From Nitrosomonadaceae bacterium (GTDB taxonomy: Bacteria > Pseudomonadota > Gammaproteobacteria > Burkholderiales > Nitrosomonadaceae): 35,375 nucleotides of DNA. Below are positions 20,661 through 29,950 of the stretch, piece by piece (within the stretch, counting starts at the first letter, position 1; each line of letters begins with the position of its first letter). The notes below the pieces were generated by a model. The model saw only the letters and a list, made by a program, of their open reading frames with translations. It searched no databases and had not been told where the DNA came from. The DNA lies in NCBI GenBank assembly GCA_024644425.1, contig JAHELA010000001.1, positions 1 through 35,375 of the forward strand, given 5' to 3'. A program made the translations under genes and the position numbers.

Positions 20661-20688
20661 ATTGGCACAAGACTTTTTTTGTGCCAAT
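20661..20688 (-). other. Perfect 10-bp stem-loop between tkt and gap (intercistronic attenuator or RNA-stability element candidate)
   Basis: ATTGGCACAA (20661-20670), 8-nt loop, TTGTGCCAAT (20679-20688). It lies 12 nt after the tkt stop and 35 nt before the gap ATG. Only a partial T-rich tail follows it on the minus strand. Confidence 0.45.
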
Positions 20689-20699
20689 ACTATATTTAG

Positions 20700-22715
20700 T
20701 TAGATTATGCTTTTTACAGTATTTGCTACATTCTCCACGGTAAAGCCAAAGTGTTTAAACAGGTCGCCAGCAGGAGCAGATTCACCAAAAGTGGTCATTC
20801 CAACTACTGCTCCTTCAAGACCCACATATTTGTGCCAGTAATCAACGATGCCAGCTTCTACCGCAACACGCTTAATACCCTTTGGTAGTACACTCTCCTG
20901 GTATTCTGCGTCTTGTCTATCAAATAGGTTGGTACATGGCATTGAAACCACTCGGACCTGAATATTTGCTTCAGCCAGCGCCTTTTGTGCATCCATTGCT
21001 AGTCCAACTTCCGAACCAGTAGCGATAATAATGGCATGTGGTTTTTTATCCACTGCATCCGATAAAATGTAACCGCCTTTGCTGATCAATTTAACTACAG
21101 CAGCATTCCTTTTTTGGAATGGTAGACTCTGACGGCTAAATATAAGTGCTGAAGGGCCATCCTTACGCTCAATTGCACGTACCCAAGCTACGGCTGATTC
21201 GACCGAATCACAAGGCCGCCATACATCCATGTTAGGGATATAACGTAATGTTGCAGTTTGTTCTACCGGCTGATGTGTAGGTCCATCTTCACCTAGTCCA
21301 ATAGAATCATGCGTAAATACAAATAAATTACGAATTTTCATCAAAGCAGCCATTCGTAAGGCGTTTCGTGCATATTCTGAGAACATTAGGAACGTGGCAC
21401 CGTAGGGAATGAAACCACCGTGTAGTGATAATCCATTCATAATGGCACTCATTCCAAATTCACGCACACCATAATAAATATAGTTACCACCTGTTTTCTG
21501 ACTGACACTTTTAGAGCCAGACCACAAAGTAAGGTTAGATCCAGCCAGATCAGCAGAACCTCCGATTAGTTCTGGTAGAACTGGAGCCAAACCCTCTATA
21601 GCATTTTGTGAAGCCTTTCGACTGGCTATGGTTTCTTCTCTTTCATTGACACAACCAATAAAATTATCAGCATGTTCGTGCCATTTAGCTGGCAGCTCTC
21701 CTGCTATACGGCGTTTAAACTCAGTGGCTTCATTTGGATACTGCTTGGAATATTCTTCAAATTTTTGATTCCACTCTGTTTCTAGTTTCATACCTTTGGC
21801 GCGACTATCCCACATGTCGTAGATTTCCTTGGGTATCTCAAACGGCAAGTGGTCCCAGCCAATGTGTGGGCGTGTAGCAGCAACTTCTACGTCACCCAGT
21901 GCCGCACCATGGACTTCATGTGTGCCTGCTTTGTTGGGAGAGCCCATACCAATTACTGTTTTACAGCATATCATAGAAGGTTTCCCATTCACTTGCTTAG
22001 CCGCTTCAATTGCTGATTCGATAGCAACTGGGTCGTGTCCATTGACGTTAGGCACCACGTGCCAGCCATAAGCTTCAAAACGCTTAGGTGTATCGTCACT
22101 AAACCAACCTTCCACATGGCCATCTATGGAGATACCATTGTCGTCATAAAAGCAGATTAGCTTGCCGAGCCCTAAGGTCCCCGCCAACGAACAGGCTTCA
22201 TGTGATATTCCTTCCATTAGGCAGCCATCACCAAGGAAAGTGTAGCTGTAATGATTTACAATATCAAAGCCAGGACGATTAAACTCATCAGCAAGAATTT
22301 TTTCAGCTATAGCCATTCCTACTGCGTTAGTGATGCCTTGACCTAATGGACCAGTAGTAGTTTCAATCCCAGGTGTGTAGCCATATTCCGGATGACCAGG
22401 GGTCTTGGAGTGAAGCTGCCGGAAGCGTTTAATTTCTTCTATTGGCAAGTCATAGCCAGTGAGATGTAGGAGGGCATAAATTAACATTGAACCATGCCCA
22501 TTCGACAATACAAATCGATCTCGATCAGCCCACATGGGGTTAGCTGGATTATGACGCAGATGATGAATCCATAGTACTTCAGCAATTTCAGCCATACCCA
22601 TAGGCATGCCAGGGTGCCCAGAATTAGCTTTTTGCACGGCATCCATTGCTAGTGCACGAACAGCGCTTGTTAGATTCTTGAACACTGGCGGGTCAAAATC
22701 TTTAAAAGTTCCCAT
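20700..22715 (-). CDS. tkt: Transketolase
   Basis: The ThDP motifs SGHPG, GPLGQG and [13 protein letters not shown] are present, and the protein is 671 aa. The ORF-track start at 22721 is TTG. The ATG at 22715 lies 9-10 nt downstream of the Shine-Dalgarno AAGGGGG. Confidence 0.95.
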   Translation of the reverse strand: MGTFKDFDPPVFKNLTSAVRALAMDAVQKANSGHPGMPMGMAEIAEVLWIHHLRHNPANPMWADRDRFVLSNGHGSMLIYALLHLTGYDLPIEEIKRFRQLHSKTPGHPEYGYTPGIETTTGPLGQGITNAVGMAIAEKILADEFNRPGFDIVNHYSYTFLGDGCLMEGISHEACSLAGTLGLGKLICFYDDNGISIDGHVEGWFSDDTPKRFEAYGWHVVPNVNGHDPVAIESAIEAAKQVNGKPSMICCKTVIGMGSPNKAGTHEVHGAALGDVEVAATRPHIGWDHLPFEIPKEIYDMWDSRAKGMKLETEWNQKFEEYSKQYPNEATEFKRRIAGELPAKWHEHADNFIGCVNEREETIASRKASQNAIEGLAPVLPELIGGSADLAGSNLTLWSGSKSVSQKTGGNYIYYGVREFGMSAIMNGLSLHGGFIPYGATFLMFSEYARNALRMAALMKIRNLFVFTHDSIGLGEDGPTHQPVEQTATLRYIPNMDVWRPCDSVESAVAWVRAIERKDGPSALIFSRQSLPFQKRNAAVVKLISKGGYILSDAVDKKPHAIIIATGSEVGLAMDAQKALAEANIQVRVVSMPCTNLFDRQDAEYQESVLPKGIKRVAVEAGIVDYWHKYVGLEGAVVGMTTFGESAPAGDLFKHFGFTVENVANTVKSII

Positions 22716-22754
22716 GGACAAAAACCCCCTTATTTAACAAGTAGATAAAGAAAT

Positions 22755-22791
22755 AAAAAAAAATACACTACACGACTGCGCTTGCAGTGTG
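22755..22791 (-). terminator. Possible intrinsic terminator downstream of ntrX
   Basis: On the minus strand, CACACTGC-AAGC-GCAGT(C)GTG forms an 8-bp stem with one bulge, followed 7 nt later by T9. The gap between stem and U-tract lowers confidence. Confidence 0.35.
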
Positions 22792-22893
22792 ACGATATTA
22801 ACAGCGTTGCTAAATTATTGAGTAAAAGTCTTATTATCGCTTAAGAAACGAAGCCAGACAACCATGATAAACTTTAGGTAATTTTTTACAATA

Positions 22894-24144
22894 TCAGTGG
22901 CTTCGTAGCCTTATGCCTAATAGTTTTAGTTTTCGATAAAGATGTGTACGTTCTAGTCCCGCTCGTTCTGCTACCCGGGTCATATTACCACCTTCATGGT
23001 CTATCAATTGCTCGAAATAAGTTTTTTCAAATAAATCACGTGCTTCTCGCAAAGGAATGTTAAGAGGGATGCTTGGAACAGATTGCATTGGTGTTGGCGT
23101 AGCCAGTACTTTCTTTACGTCTTCGACTGAAATTTCTTCACTAGTACCTGTTAATGCTAAAGAACGTACTGTACCTGTGAGCTGCATGAGGTTACCAGGC
23201 CAGTCATAATTTCGCAAGGCATTTAGAGCAGCTGTATTGAACTGCTGTAAAGATGCTTCACCTGATTCAATGCAGCGCGAGAGGATCTGATTGGCAAGCT
23301 CAGGAACGTCTTCTCGATGTGCCCTTAACGCGGGGACATTTATGCAGAGAGCACTTAAAGTTTCATATAATTTCGGGTCGTAGTTACCTTGGGATGTTAA
23401 TTCTGCCAACTGCAACGATGAAACACAAACAATCCGAACATTATACTTGTCCAATTTTCCAAGTATTTGCAGTAAACCTTTTTGCTCTAGCTTACTTAAG
23501 TTACCTACTTCTTTAAGAAACAATAACCCGTCTCTAGCCTGTTCAAGTAATTCAAATGGAGTATTTGCAAGAGTGGTATAAGTGTCTGGCTCTATCCAGG
23601 GTGTGTTTGGGCGATGGAGAAAACGCGCGCATAGTTCCGCTCCTGATCCTTGCTCGCCAGTAAGTAGTAATGGTGTTTTAAGATTAGCAATTTGTTCTAA
23701 TCTCTTTTTTAGGTCTGTTATCAACGGTCCTTTTCCCAAACTAGCAAGAGAAAGAGTGGAAGAAGGTTTGCTTTGACTGCCTCGTAAAGCATGTCCTACG
23801 GTACTTAGTAACATTTGTAATGGTATAGGCTTTTCTAGATATCCGAATGCACCAATACGCGTTGCTTCCACTGCAGTTGCAATAGTACCGTGTCCCGACA
23901 TTACTACTACGGGCATGGTGAGTAGCCCATTACTTGCCCATTCTTTTAGTAGAGTGACGCCATCAGTATCTGGCATCCAAATATCTAGTAATACCATATC
24001 AGGGCGTGATTTATTTCGGGATATACGTGCTTGTTCAGCATTTTCTGCTAATACAACGTGGTAACCCTCGTCGCGCAAGATTTCAGATAGTAGTTCACGT
24101 ATGCCAATTTCATCATCAACAACGAGTATTGTATTATTGGCCAT
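22894..24144 (-). CDS. ntrX: NtrX-type response regulator (receiver, degenerate AAA+ domain, Fis-type HTH)
   Basis: Receiver ILVVDDE...MVLLDIWMPDTDG...KP. The central domain is alignable to NtrC-family AAA+ (NVRIVCVSS, INVPALRAHREDVPELA, YDWPGNLMQL). The C-terminal HTH is GNMTRVAERAGLERTHLYRKLKLLGI. It sits directly downstream of ntrY. Confidence 0.85.
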   Translation of the reverse strand: MANNTILVVDDEIGIRELLSEILRDEGYHVVLAENAEQARISRNKSRPDMVLLDIWMPDTDGVTLLKEWASNGLLTMPVVVMSGHGTIATAVEATRIGAFGYLEKPIPLQMLLSTVGHALRGSQSKPSSTLSLASLGKGPLITDLKKRLEQIANLKTPLLLTGEQGSGAELCARFLHRPNTPWIEPDTYTTLANTPFELLEQARDGLLFLKEVGNLSKLEQKGLLQILGKLDKYNVRIVCVSSLQLAELTSQGNYDPKLYETLSALCINVPALRAHREDVPELANQILSRCIESGEASLQQFNTAALNALRNYDWPGNLMQLTGTVRSLALTGTSEEISVEDVKKVLATPTPMQSVPSIPLNIPLREARDLFEKTYFEQLIDHEGGNMTRVAERAGLERTHLYRKLKLLGIRLRSH

Positions 24145-24188
24145 ATTTGTAAAATTAACTCCTTTGCTTTAAAGATGATTGATTATTA

Positions 24189-26360
24189 TCAGGTGATTTC
24201 ATGGTTAAAACTCTTTGAGTTATCACTGGATGCAACTGGTAGAGTAATGGTTACGAGGGCTCCATGGGGACGGATATTTTCAATCTGGATCATACCATTG
24301 TGTTCTTCTACGATTTTTTTTACGATGGGAAGTCCAAGCCCAGTGCCCTTAAGTTTTGTAGTTACGTAGGGCTCAAATGCATGTGTTCTAACATGATCAG
24401 GGAATCCCTTGCCATTGTCACTTAGACTGAGCTGAACACCATCTTGTACCAATTCTGTGGAAACGGTAATAATGGGCTCAGTTGTATCAGTCAGGGTGTC
24501 TTGAGCATTTTGCAAAAGATTGTGAATTACTTGTCGTAGCCTAGTTGAGTCTCCTCTTATTGGCGGCAATCCAGGAGATAAAGCTAAGTGTATACGTGAG
24601 TGTAACCCCTCCTCTACACTAGTAGTTTCGTATAATGCTAGCACTTCCTGTACCAGTTTATTGAGATCTAATAAGCGCAATTCTAATTTTGGAGCACGCG
24701 CATATTCGCTAAATTCATTGACCATTTTTTTTAGTGCTTCTACTTGATTCACGATTGTTTCAGTAGACCGCTTCAGTATCTCTGCATCTTGTGGCACAAG
24801 TTTTTCAGCAAGTTTTTTCTGAACTCGCTCAGCAGAAAGCTGTATCGGTGTGAGTGGATTCTTAATTTCATGGGCCAGACGTCGAGCTACTTCACCCCAT
24901 GCAGCTGTACGTTGTGCTTGTAACAAATTAGTAATGTCATCAAATACCACCACACCTCCCCCTCCCGAAACATGCGGAAGACGTGTTCCACGTAGCAATA
25001 ACACCTGGTCTATACCATTTCCCGGACGCTCTACTTGTCGTTGCCACTCACCCGTTTTTCCAGACTGAAATCCCTCTCGTATTCCAATTTCTAAAGCGTG
25101 GAGCTGGGGTTCTCGCTTAGTACACTCTTCCATTGTGAATCCTTCAAGACTAGCCAATGGTACTTTCAGAATATATTCGGCACTAAGATTTGTAGTTCGT
25201 AAGCGCAAGCTTTCATCAAATACTAGGACTCCAGATGAAAGATTTGCTAGTATACTTTCTAGGTAGGCCCTAGCACTTTCTACCTCATGTTGATTGTGTA
25301 GTGCGGCATTACGAGCTTCTTCTAACTGTTGGGTCATAAGGTTGAAGGACTCGGTCAGCACTCCCAGTTCATCCCGACTTTGTATCGGGAGACGCCTACT
25401 GAAATCACCCTGAGCTACTGCACGAGTACCTGCTGCTACCATGCCTAGTGGTTTGCTGAGCCGTTCACTTATGAGGAACGCTGCAGCTAGCGCAGAAAAA
25501 AGTGAGAGCAGAAGGACCAGCGTTAAAGTTACTCCATAGAGACCCTTCAATCCTTGGCGTGATAGCGACAATTCCTCATAATCACGATATATCGCCTGAA
25601 CTATCTCCGCGTCTTCAGCAAGTTTTTTTGGTACTGGTTGCAACAATTGCAAGATACGGATGCCTCCTTCTAGATTCAAGACATTGACAGGAACTGGTTC
25701 AACTACCCGCAAATACAAACCTTTTCCCGGAATGGACTCAACGGCACTGTAGGCCTCTTGCATTCTTACTTGGCGCATTACTGCCGCACTTGGCATATGC
25801 GGCAACTCCATGCCCTCAGTATTAGAAAAAGCGATTACCTTCCCGTCTTCATTAAATAGAGTTGCTTCTTGCACCTGTGATTCATCTAGAAGTTGGTTTA
25901 GCTCTGGCAGCGGTACAGCAGATTGTCCGGATAGAGTGAGGGCAGTAACTTGAGCTTTCTTCCGCAATTCCTCCAAACGGTTGTCTAGCATGGTGCGCCC
26001 AATACTTAAACTTCCTTCTAATGCTTGGTCTACCTTAACGTCAAACCAGGATTCGATACTTTTTCCGAGGAATTGTACTGATGCGCTATACACTAATACA
26101 CCTGGAAGAACTGCCATCAGAGAAAAAATCAACAATAGACGTAACGCTAGTCTTGAGCCCAATACTCCTGTTTTAAGCCTACGTCTAAGTCTCCACAACA
26201 GATATCCTACTAGCGCCATAAGAAATAGCACGAAACCAACATTTAGCTGAATTAGAAGTTGATATTTCCGCTCAAAGAAATCAGTATCAGCTCCTGCAAT
26301 TGCTAGCAGAAATAACATTATCGCGCTTAAACCGACACCTATAATAATGATATATTTCAT
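24189..26360 (-). CDS. ntrY: NtrY-type sensor histidine kinase (TM, HAMP, PAS, HisKA, HATPase)
   Basis: N-terminal TM helices, HAMP (SKPLGMVAAGTRAVAQGDFSRRLP...ELGVLTESFNLM), H-box HEIKNPLTPIQLSAE, N-box HNLLQNAQD and G-boxes SDNGKGF / GTGLGL. The ATG overlaps the DUF4390 stop (ATGA). Confidence 0.9.
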   Translation of the reverse strand: MKYIIIIGVGLSAIMLFLLAIAGADTDFFERKYQLLIQLNVGFVLFLMALVGYLLWRLRRRLKTGVLGSRLALRLLLIFSLMAVLPGVLVYSASVQFLGKSIESWFDVKVDQALEGSLSIGRTMLDNRLEELRKKAQVTALTLSGQSAVPLPELNQLLDESQVQEATLFNEDGKVIAFSNTEGMELPHMPSAAVMRQVRMQEAYSAVESIPGKGLYLRVVEPVPVNVLNLEGGIRILQLLQPVPKKLAEDAEIVQAIYRDYEELSLSRQGLKGLYGVTLTLVLLLSLFSALAAAFLISERLSKPLGMVAAGTRAVAQGDFSRRLPIQSRDELGVLTESFNLMTQQLEEARNAALHNQHEVESARAYLESILANLSSGVLVFDESLRLRTTNLSAEYILKVPLASLEGFTMEECTKREPQLHALEIGIREGFQSGKTGEWQRQVERPGNGIDQVLLLRGTRLPHVSGGGGVVVFDDITNLLQAQRTAAWGEVARRLAHEIKNPLTPIQLSAERVQKKLAEKLVPQDAEILKRSTETIVNQVEALKKMVNEFSEYARAPKLELRLLDLNKLVQEVLALYETTSVEEGLHSRIHLALSPGLPPIRGDSTRLRQVIHNLLQNAQDTLTDTTEPIITVSTELVQDGVQLSLSDNGKGFPDHVRTHAFEPYVTTKLKGTGLGLPIVKKIVEEHNGMIQIENIRPHGALVTITLPVASSDNSKSFNHEIT

Positions 26361-26995
26361 GGTTTATCCACAAGAATAAGTCTCTGCGAAGGAAGTGTTA
26401 TCTTCCATTGCATCCTATCAGAGCTTATGTTCCACTCTTTGGAGCCAAGGGCTTCTACCTGAAACGGTTTTGGTAATCGCGATAAATCTAGTCGCATATG
26501 TAGCTTAGCTATATATTCTATTTCTTTTTTTAACTCGGAGGTCGCGATGATTGGACGATTGCGTACACGACTTAATATTCGTAGTGCTTCCTTTAGAGTA
26601 CTAAAACTTTGTTTTTGCAATAATGCTCCGCCACTTAAACGGTATTGGCGTGTAAGCGCGTAATAACTTAATGCATCACGCTGTTTATTTCGAGCAACTA
26701 TTTTATCTAACCAATACCAGCGTGGACTAAGTAATTTAAAATCAGTTACAAAGTAAAGTACGATGCCTTTTTTGAGTGCTTTTTCCAAAATAGGGTTCAA
26801 GGCTATTTCAAAATCAGCGTTAAATTGATAGCCTTCGTCTATTGCATCTATTTCAACAAACTTTATTTGTATGTCTTCTGCACGAGCAGCAAAGGATGAC
26901 AATAGTGCTGTGGCCAGCAACATTGTTACGATCGTACGTAACAGTTGTTTAATTGGGTCAAACTTTTTGTAACAGGGTATAAAAGAAACCATCAT
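26357..26995 (-). CDS. DUF4390 domain protein (exported). The start is uncertain: ATG at 26995, 26992 or 26923.
   Basis: It occupies the conserved betaproteobacterial position between rsmB and ntrY. The hydrophobic leader MLLATALLSSFAARA|ED looks like a signal peptide. The core SPRWYWLDK...LSYYALTRQYRL fits DUF4390 as I recall it. The ORF-track TTG at 27028 lies well inside rsmB and is probably an artefact. Confidence 0.65.
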   Translation of the reverse strand: MMVSFIPCYKKFDPIKQLLRTIVTMLLATALLSSFAARAEDIQIKFVEIDAIDEGYQFNADFEIALNPILEKALKKGIVLYFVTDFKLLSPRWYWLDKIVARNKQRDALSYYALTRQYRLSGGALLQKQSFSTLKEALRILSRVRNRPIIATSELKKEIEYIAKLHMRLDLSRLPKPFQVEALGSKEWNISSDRMQWKITLPSQRLILVDKP

Positions 26996-28238
26996 GCTGA
27001 GAATCCGGCAGCAGTTGTCCGTCGTCAAGTAATTTTCTCTTAGGTAGAGGTAAATTACGGGCGTCTGAATGATGACACAAAAAATCTTTTACCTGCTGCT
27101 TATTTTCTTCGATAAATATCGAGCAGGTAACATAGAGCAATTTACCATCTCTCGACAGTGTCTGCCATAAAGCATTGAGAATTTTCTGCTGAATTTTGAC
27201 AAATCGAGCGAGGTCACTCTCACGACGCAGCCATTTGATATCAGGATGACGGCGCACCACGCCAGAAGCAGAGCATGGAGCATCAATCAAAATTCTATCG
27301 AATAATTTACCATCCCACCATTCTGATGGATTTGCTGCATTACCACAGATGGCATGATATTTATCGAATGTTAGGCGTTCAAGATTCTGTGTTACGAGAA
27401 CAAGTCGTTTTGGATCATTGTCAAGTGCAGTTAATTCTATGTCTGCTAGCTCTAGGAGATGCCCGCTTTTACCACCGGGAGCTGCACAAGCATCTAGTAT
27501 ATGCATTCCATCGTTTATGTCCAAAAAAATAGCAGCTAATTGCGCTCCCGCATCTTGTACCGAGACTAGTCCCTGAGAAAATCCTGGTAGTTTTTTCACG
27601 GTTACTGGTTGTTTGAGCTTGAGTGCTTTGTTCCATATTATCTGTGAGCTAATACCGCATTTATTAAGCTGGTCCTGATATTTCAACACACTAATTTTCT
27701 GTTGATTCACTCGTAATGACATTATAGGGTGCTGATTATTTGTTTCTAGTATTTTTTTATAGTTCTGGGGATATTCAACACGGAGTTTGTCTATCCACCA
27801 TTGTGGATGAGAATATTGTCCTACTTCATTTTCAGATATTGATTTAAGTAGAGTTTTGCGCTGGCGTACGAAACCACGTAACACTGCATTGATTAATCCT
27901 TGCGCTCCCCTGCTGCAATTTAGGCGCAAAGATGCTGTCACAGCATGATCAACTATTGCATAAGCAGAGCTTCTGCTATATTGCAATTGGTATAAGCCAA
28001 CTAGTAATAGACAGTACAAGTCTTGGTCTTTTAGTGGTTTGTTTATTAATCTTCTAAGCAAAGCATCAAGTTGTCCATAAAAGCGTAATACGCCATAGCT
28101 TATATCCTGAATAGCTCCGCGTTGTTGATCAGAAAGGGTAGTATGTTTATTCCACAACCCCTGCAACACGGCAGTAAGGCTTGCACCAGTTAGTACTTTA
28201 CCAACTGTGCGTGCTGCTAGGCACTGAATCTTAATCAT
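26958..28238 (-). CDS. rsmB: 16S rRNA (cytosine967-C5)-methyltransferase RsmB (Sun)
   Basis: N-terminal NusB-like domain. SAM motif ILDACAAPGGKS. Catalytic motifs DRILIDAPCSASGVVRRHPDIKW and LLYVTCS. The 4-nt ATGA overlap with fmt is as in E. coli. Confidence 0.92.
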   Translation of the reverse strand: MIKIQCLAARTVGKVLTGASLTAVLQGLWNKHTTLSDQQRGAIQDISYGVLRFYGQLDALLRRLINKPLKDQDLYCLLLVGLYQLQYSRSSAYAIVDHAVTASLRLNCSRGAQGLINAVLRGFVRQRKTLLKSISENEVGQYSHPQWWIDKLRVEYPQNYKKILETNNQHPIMSLRVNQQKISVLKYQDQLNKCGISSQIIWNKALKLKQPVTVKKLPGFSQGLVSVQDAGAQLAAIFLDINDGMHILDACAAPGGKSGHLLELADIELTALDNDPKRLVLVTQNLERLTFDKYHAICGNAANPSEWWDGKLFDRILIDAPCSASGVVRRHPDIKWLRRESDLARFVKIQQKILNALWQTLSRDGKLLYVTCSIFIEENKQQVKDFLCHHSDARNLPLPKRKLLDDGQLLPDSQHDGFFYTLLQKV

Positions 28239-29170
28239 GCTGGTATCGTAAAGCAGTCGCCAGGCTGCAGTGCATGCCCTGAAAGAAATTCCATTGCAGT
28301 TATCTTTTTTCCACCAGACTTTTGTACGACTTCAATCACTAAAGTTCCATTACCACATGCTACAGTTATGCCTTCTTGTCCTGTTGAAAGAATCTCACCT
28401 GGATTACCTGTAGTGTTGCTTGTTACTCTCGATTGCAATATTTTTAAAGGAAACCCATGTATTACAGAGTATGTGCCGGGATATGGATTGAATGCTCGTA
28501 CGGAACGACTAATTTTATCCGCACTCAATCGCCAGTCTATTTCTGCTTCCTTTTTATTAAGTTTTGGTGCATAACTAGCTTCCGCCTCATTTTGTGGGGT
28601 TGCCGTAAGGCTTCCATTTGATAAAAGATTTAGTGCTTCTATAATGCACTGTGATCCTAGTTTAGTAAGCTTGTCGTACAGAGTCTTAGTTGTATCATTA
28701 TGTGCGATAGGAATACTTCGTTGTATTAGTATGTCGCCAGTATCTAGACCTTGATCCATTTGCATGATGGTAATGCCGGTTTCTCGTTCGCCAGCCAAAA
28801 TTGCGCGCTGAATTGGTGCGGCACCACGCCAATGTGGCAACAAGGAAGCATGAATGTTGAGGCATCCAAGGCGCGGAATACTCAATACTTTTGCGGGTAA
28901 AATCAGCCCATAAGCTGCAACCACCATTACATCTGCACCGATAGTTGTTAGCTGTGTATATACTTCAGATTGATTTAATGAATGTGGTTGCAGTAGAGTA
29001 AGCTCATACTTTTGTGCTAGTAATTTAACTGCACTAACGTTTAATTTCATTCCTCGTCCAGCAGGACGGTCAGGCTGAGTCAGGACAAGAGCAATTTCAT
29101 ACCCTGAATTTATTAGTGTTTCAAGGGCATGGGCAGCAAATGTCGGTGTGCCGGCAAAAATGATTTTCAT
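28235..29170 (-). CDS. fmt: Methionyl-tRNA formyltransferase
   Basis: MKIIFAGTPTFAA, NIHASLLPHWRGAAPIQRAI, and a position between def and rsmB. Confidence 0.96.
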   Translation of the reverse strand: MKIIFAGTPTFAAHALETLINSGYEIALVLTQPDRPAGRGMKLNVSAVKLLAQKYELTLLQPHSLNQSEVYTQLTTIGADVMVVAAYGLILPAKVLSIPRLGCLNIHASLLPHWRGAAPIQRAILAGERETGITIMQMDQGLDTGDILIQRSIPIAHNDTTKTLYDKLTKLGSQCIIEALNLLSNGSLTATPQNEAEASYAPKLNKKEAEIDWRLSADKISRSVRAFNPYPGTYSVIHGFPLKILQSRVTSNTTGNPGEILSTGQEGITVACGNGTLVIEVVQKSGGKKITAMEFLSGHALQPGDCFTIPA

Positions 29171-29288
29171 GTTTAGCTAATTTATATACTGTTAGGCATC
29201 TTAATTTACGCCTGACACCTACATAAACCGTGAATAATCATGAAAGTAGCCCAATTAATCTTGGGTATATCAGTAAAAAGATTATTAG

Positions 29289-29792
29289 TTACATCACAGT
29301 TCGTTGTTGTTTTTTTAACTTTGCACGAAGTCTTGTTTGTTTTAATCGTGATAAGTACTCAACAAATACTTTTCCTATTAAGTGATCCATCTCATGCTGA
29401 ATGCATACTGCTAGCAATCCTTCAGCATCTAGCACAAAGGGATCTCCGTTAATATTCAGCGCCTTAACTGTAATATACTCAGCCCGCCGAACTTTCTCAA
29501 ATATTCCAGGCACTGACAGACAGCCTTCTTCATAGTCTGATTCACCAGAAGACGCGGTAATTTCTGGGTTGATTAATACGAGTAACTGGTCATGAGTGTT
29601 AGATGTGTCAATTACAATTACACATTGATGTACATCTACCTGTGTCGCTGCTAAGCCAATTCCAGGAGCAGCGTACATTGTATCTGCCATGTTGTGTACC
29701 AGAGCACGAACCTCATCTGTTACTTCAGACACTTTAGCTGCTACAGTATGCAGCCGTTCATCTGGGTATTGTAATATTCTCAATAGAGCCAT
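29289..29792 (-). CDS. def: Peptide deformylase
   Basis: All three deformylase motifs are present: [17 protein letters not shown] and HEMDHL. 167 aa. Confidence 0.96.
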   Translation of the reverse strand: MALLRILQYPDERLHTVAAKVSEVTDEVRALVHNMADTMYAAPGIGLAATQVDVHQCVIVIDTSNTHDQLLVLINPEITASSGESDYEEGCLSVPGIFEKVRRAEYITVKALNINGDPFVLDAEGLLAVCIQHEMDHLIGKVFVEYLSRLKQTRLRAKLKKQQRTVM

Positions 29793-29950
29793 AAAGGTGA
29801 GCTAATTTAAGTCTATATTTAATAAATTAAATACAAAATTTAACTCATATTAACCTATTTTTTTTATATATTTTGCCGATAATTAAACCATGTGTCATTT
29901 TATATTACTGCGCCCAAGAAGCCGGGCTTTTTCAGTGACTGAGGATTTTC

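Noticed and set aside
20663-20686. TGGCAC on both strands of the tkt-gap hairpin, resembling the -24 element of a sigma-54 promoter.
   Set aside because: The required -12 element (TTGC at N5 spacing) is absent on both strands: TTTTT on the plus strand and AAGTC on the minus strand. The TGGCAC is simply part of the palindrome.
26364-26372. A perfect consensus DnaA box TTATCCACA at the DUF4390/ntrY junction.
   Set aside because: It is a single 9-mer inside coding sequence. About 0.3 chance occurrences are expected in 35 kb on two strands. There is no cluster of boxes, AT-rich unwinding element or GATC cluster nearby, so this is not an origin.
29920-29940. A weak hairpin with a T-run (AAGCCGGGCTTTTT) just upstream of the LysM gene, considered as an attenuator.
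   Set aside because: Once a viable loop is allowed, only a 4-bp stem remains. That is too weak to call.
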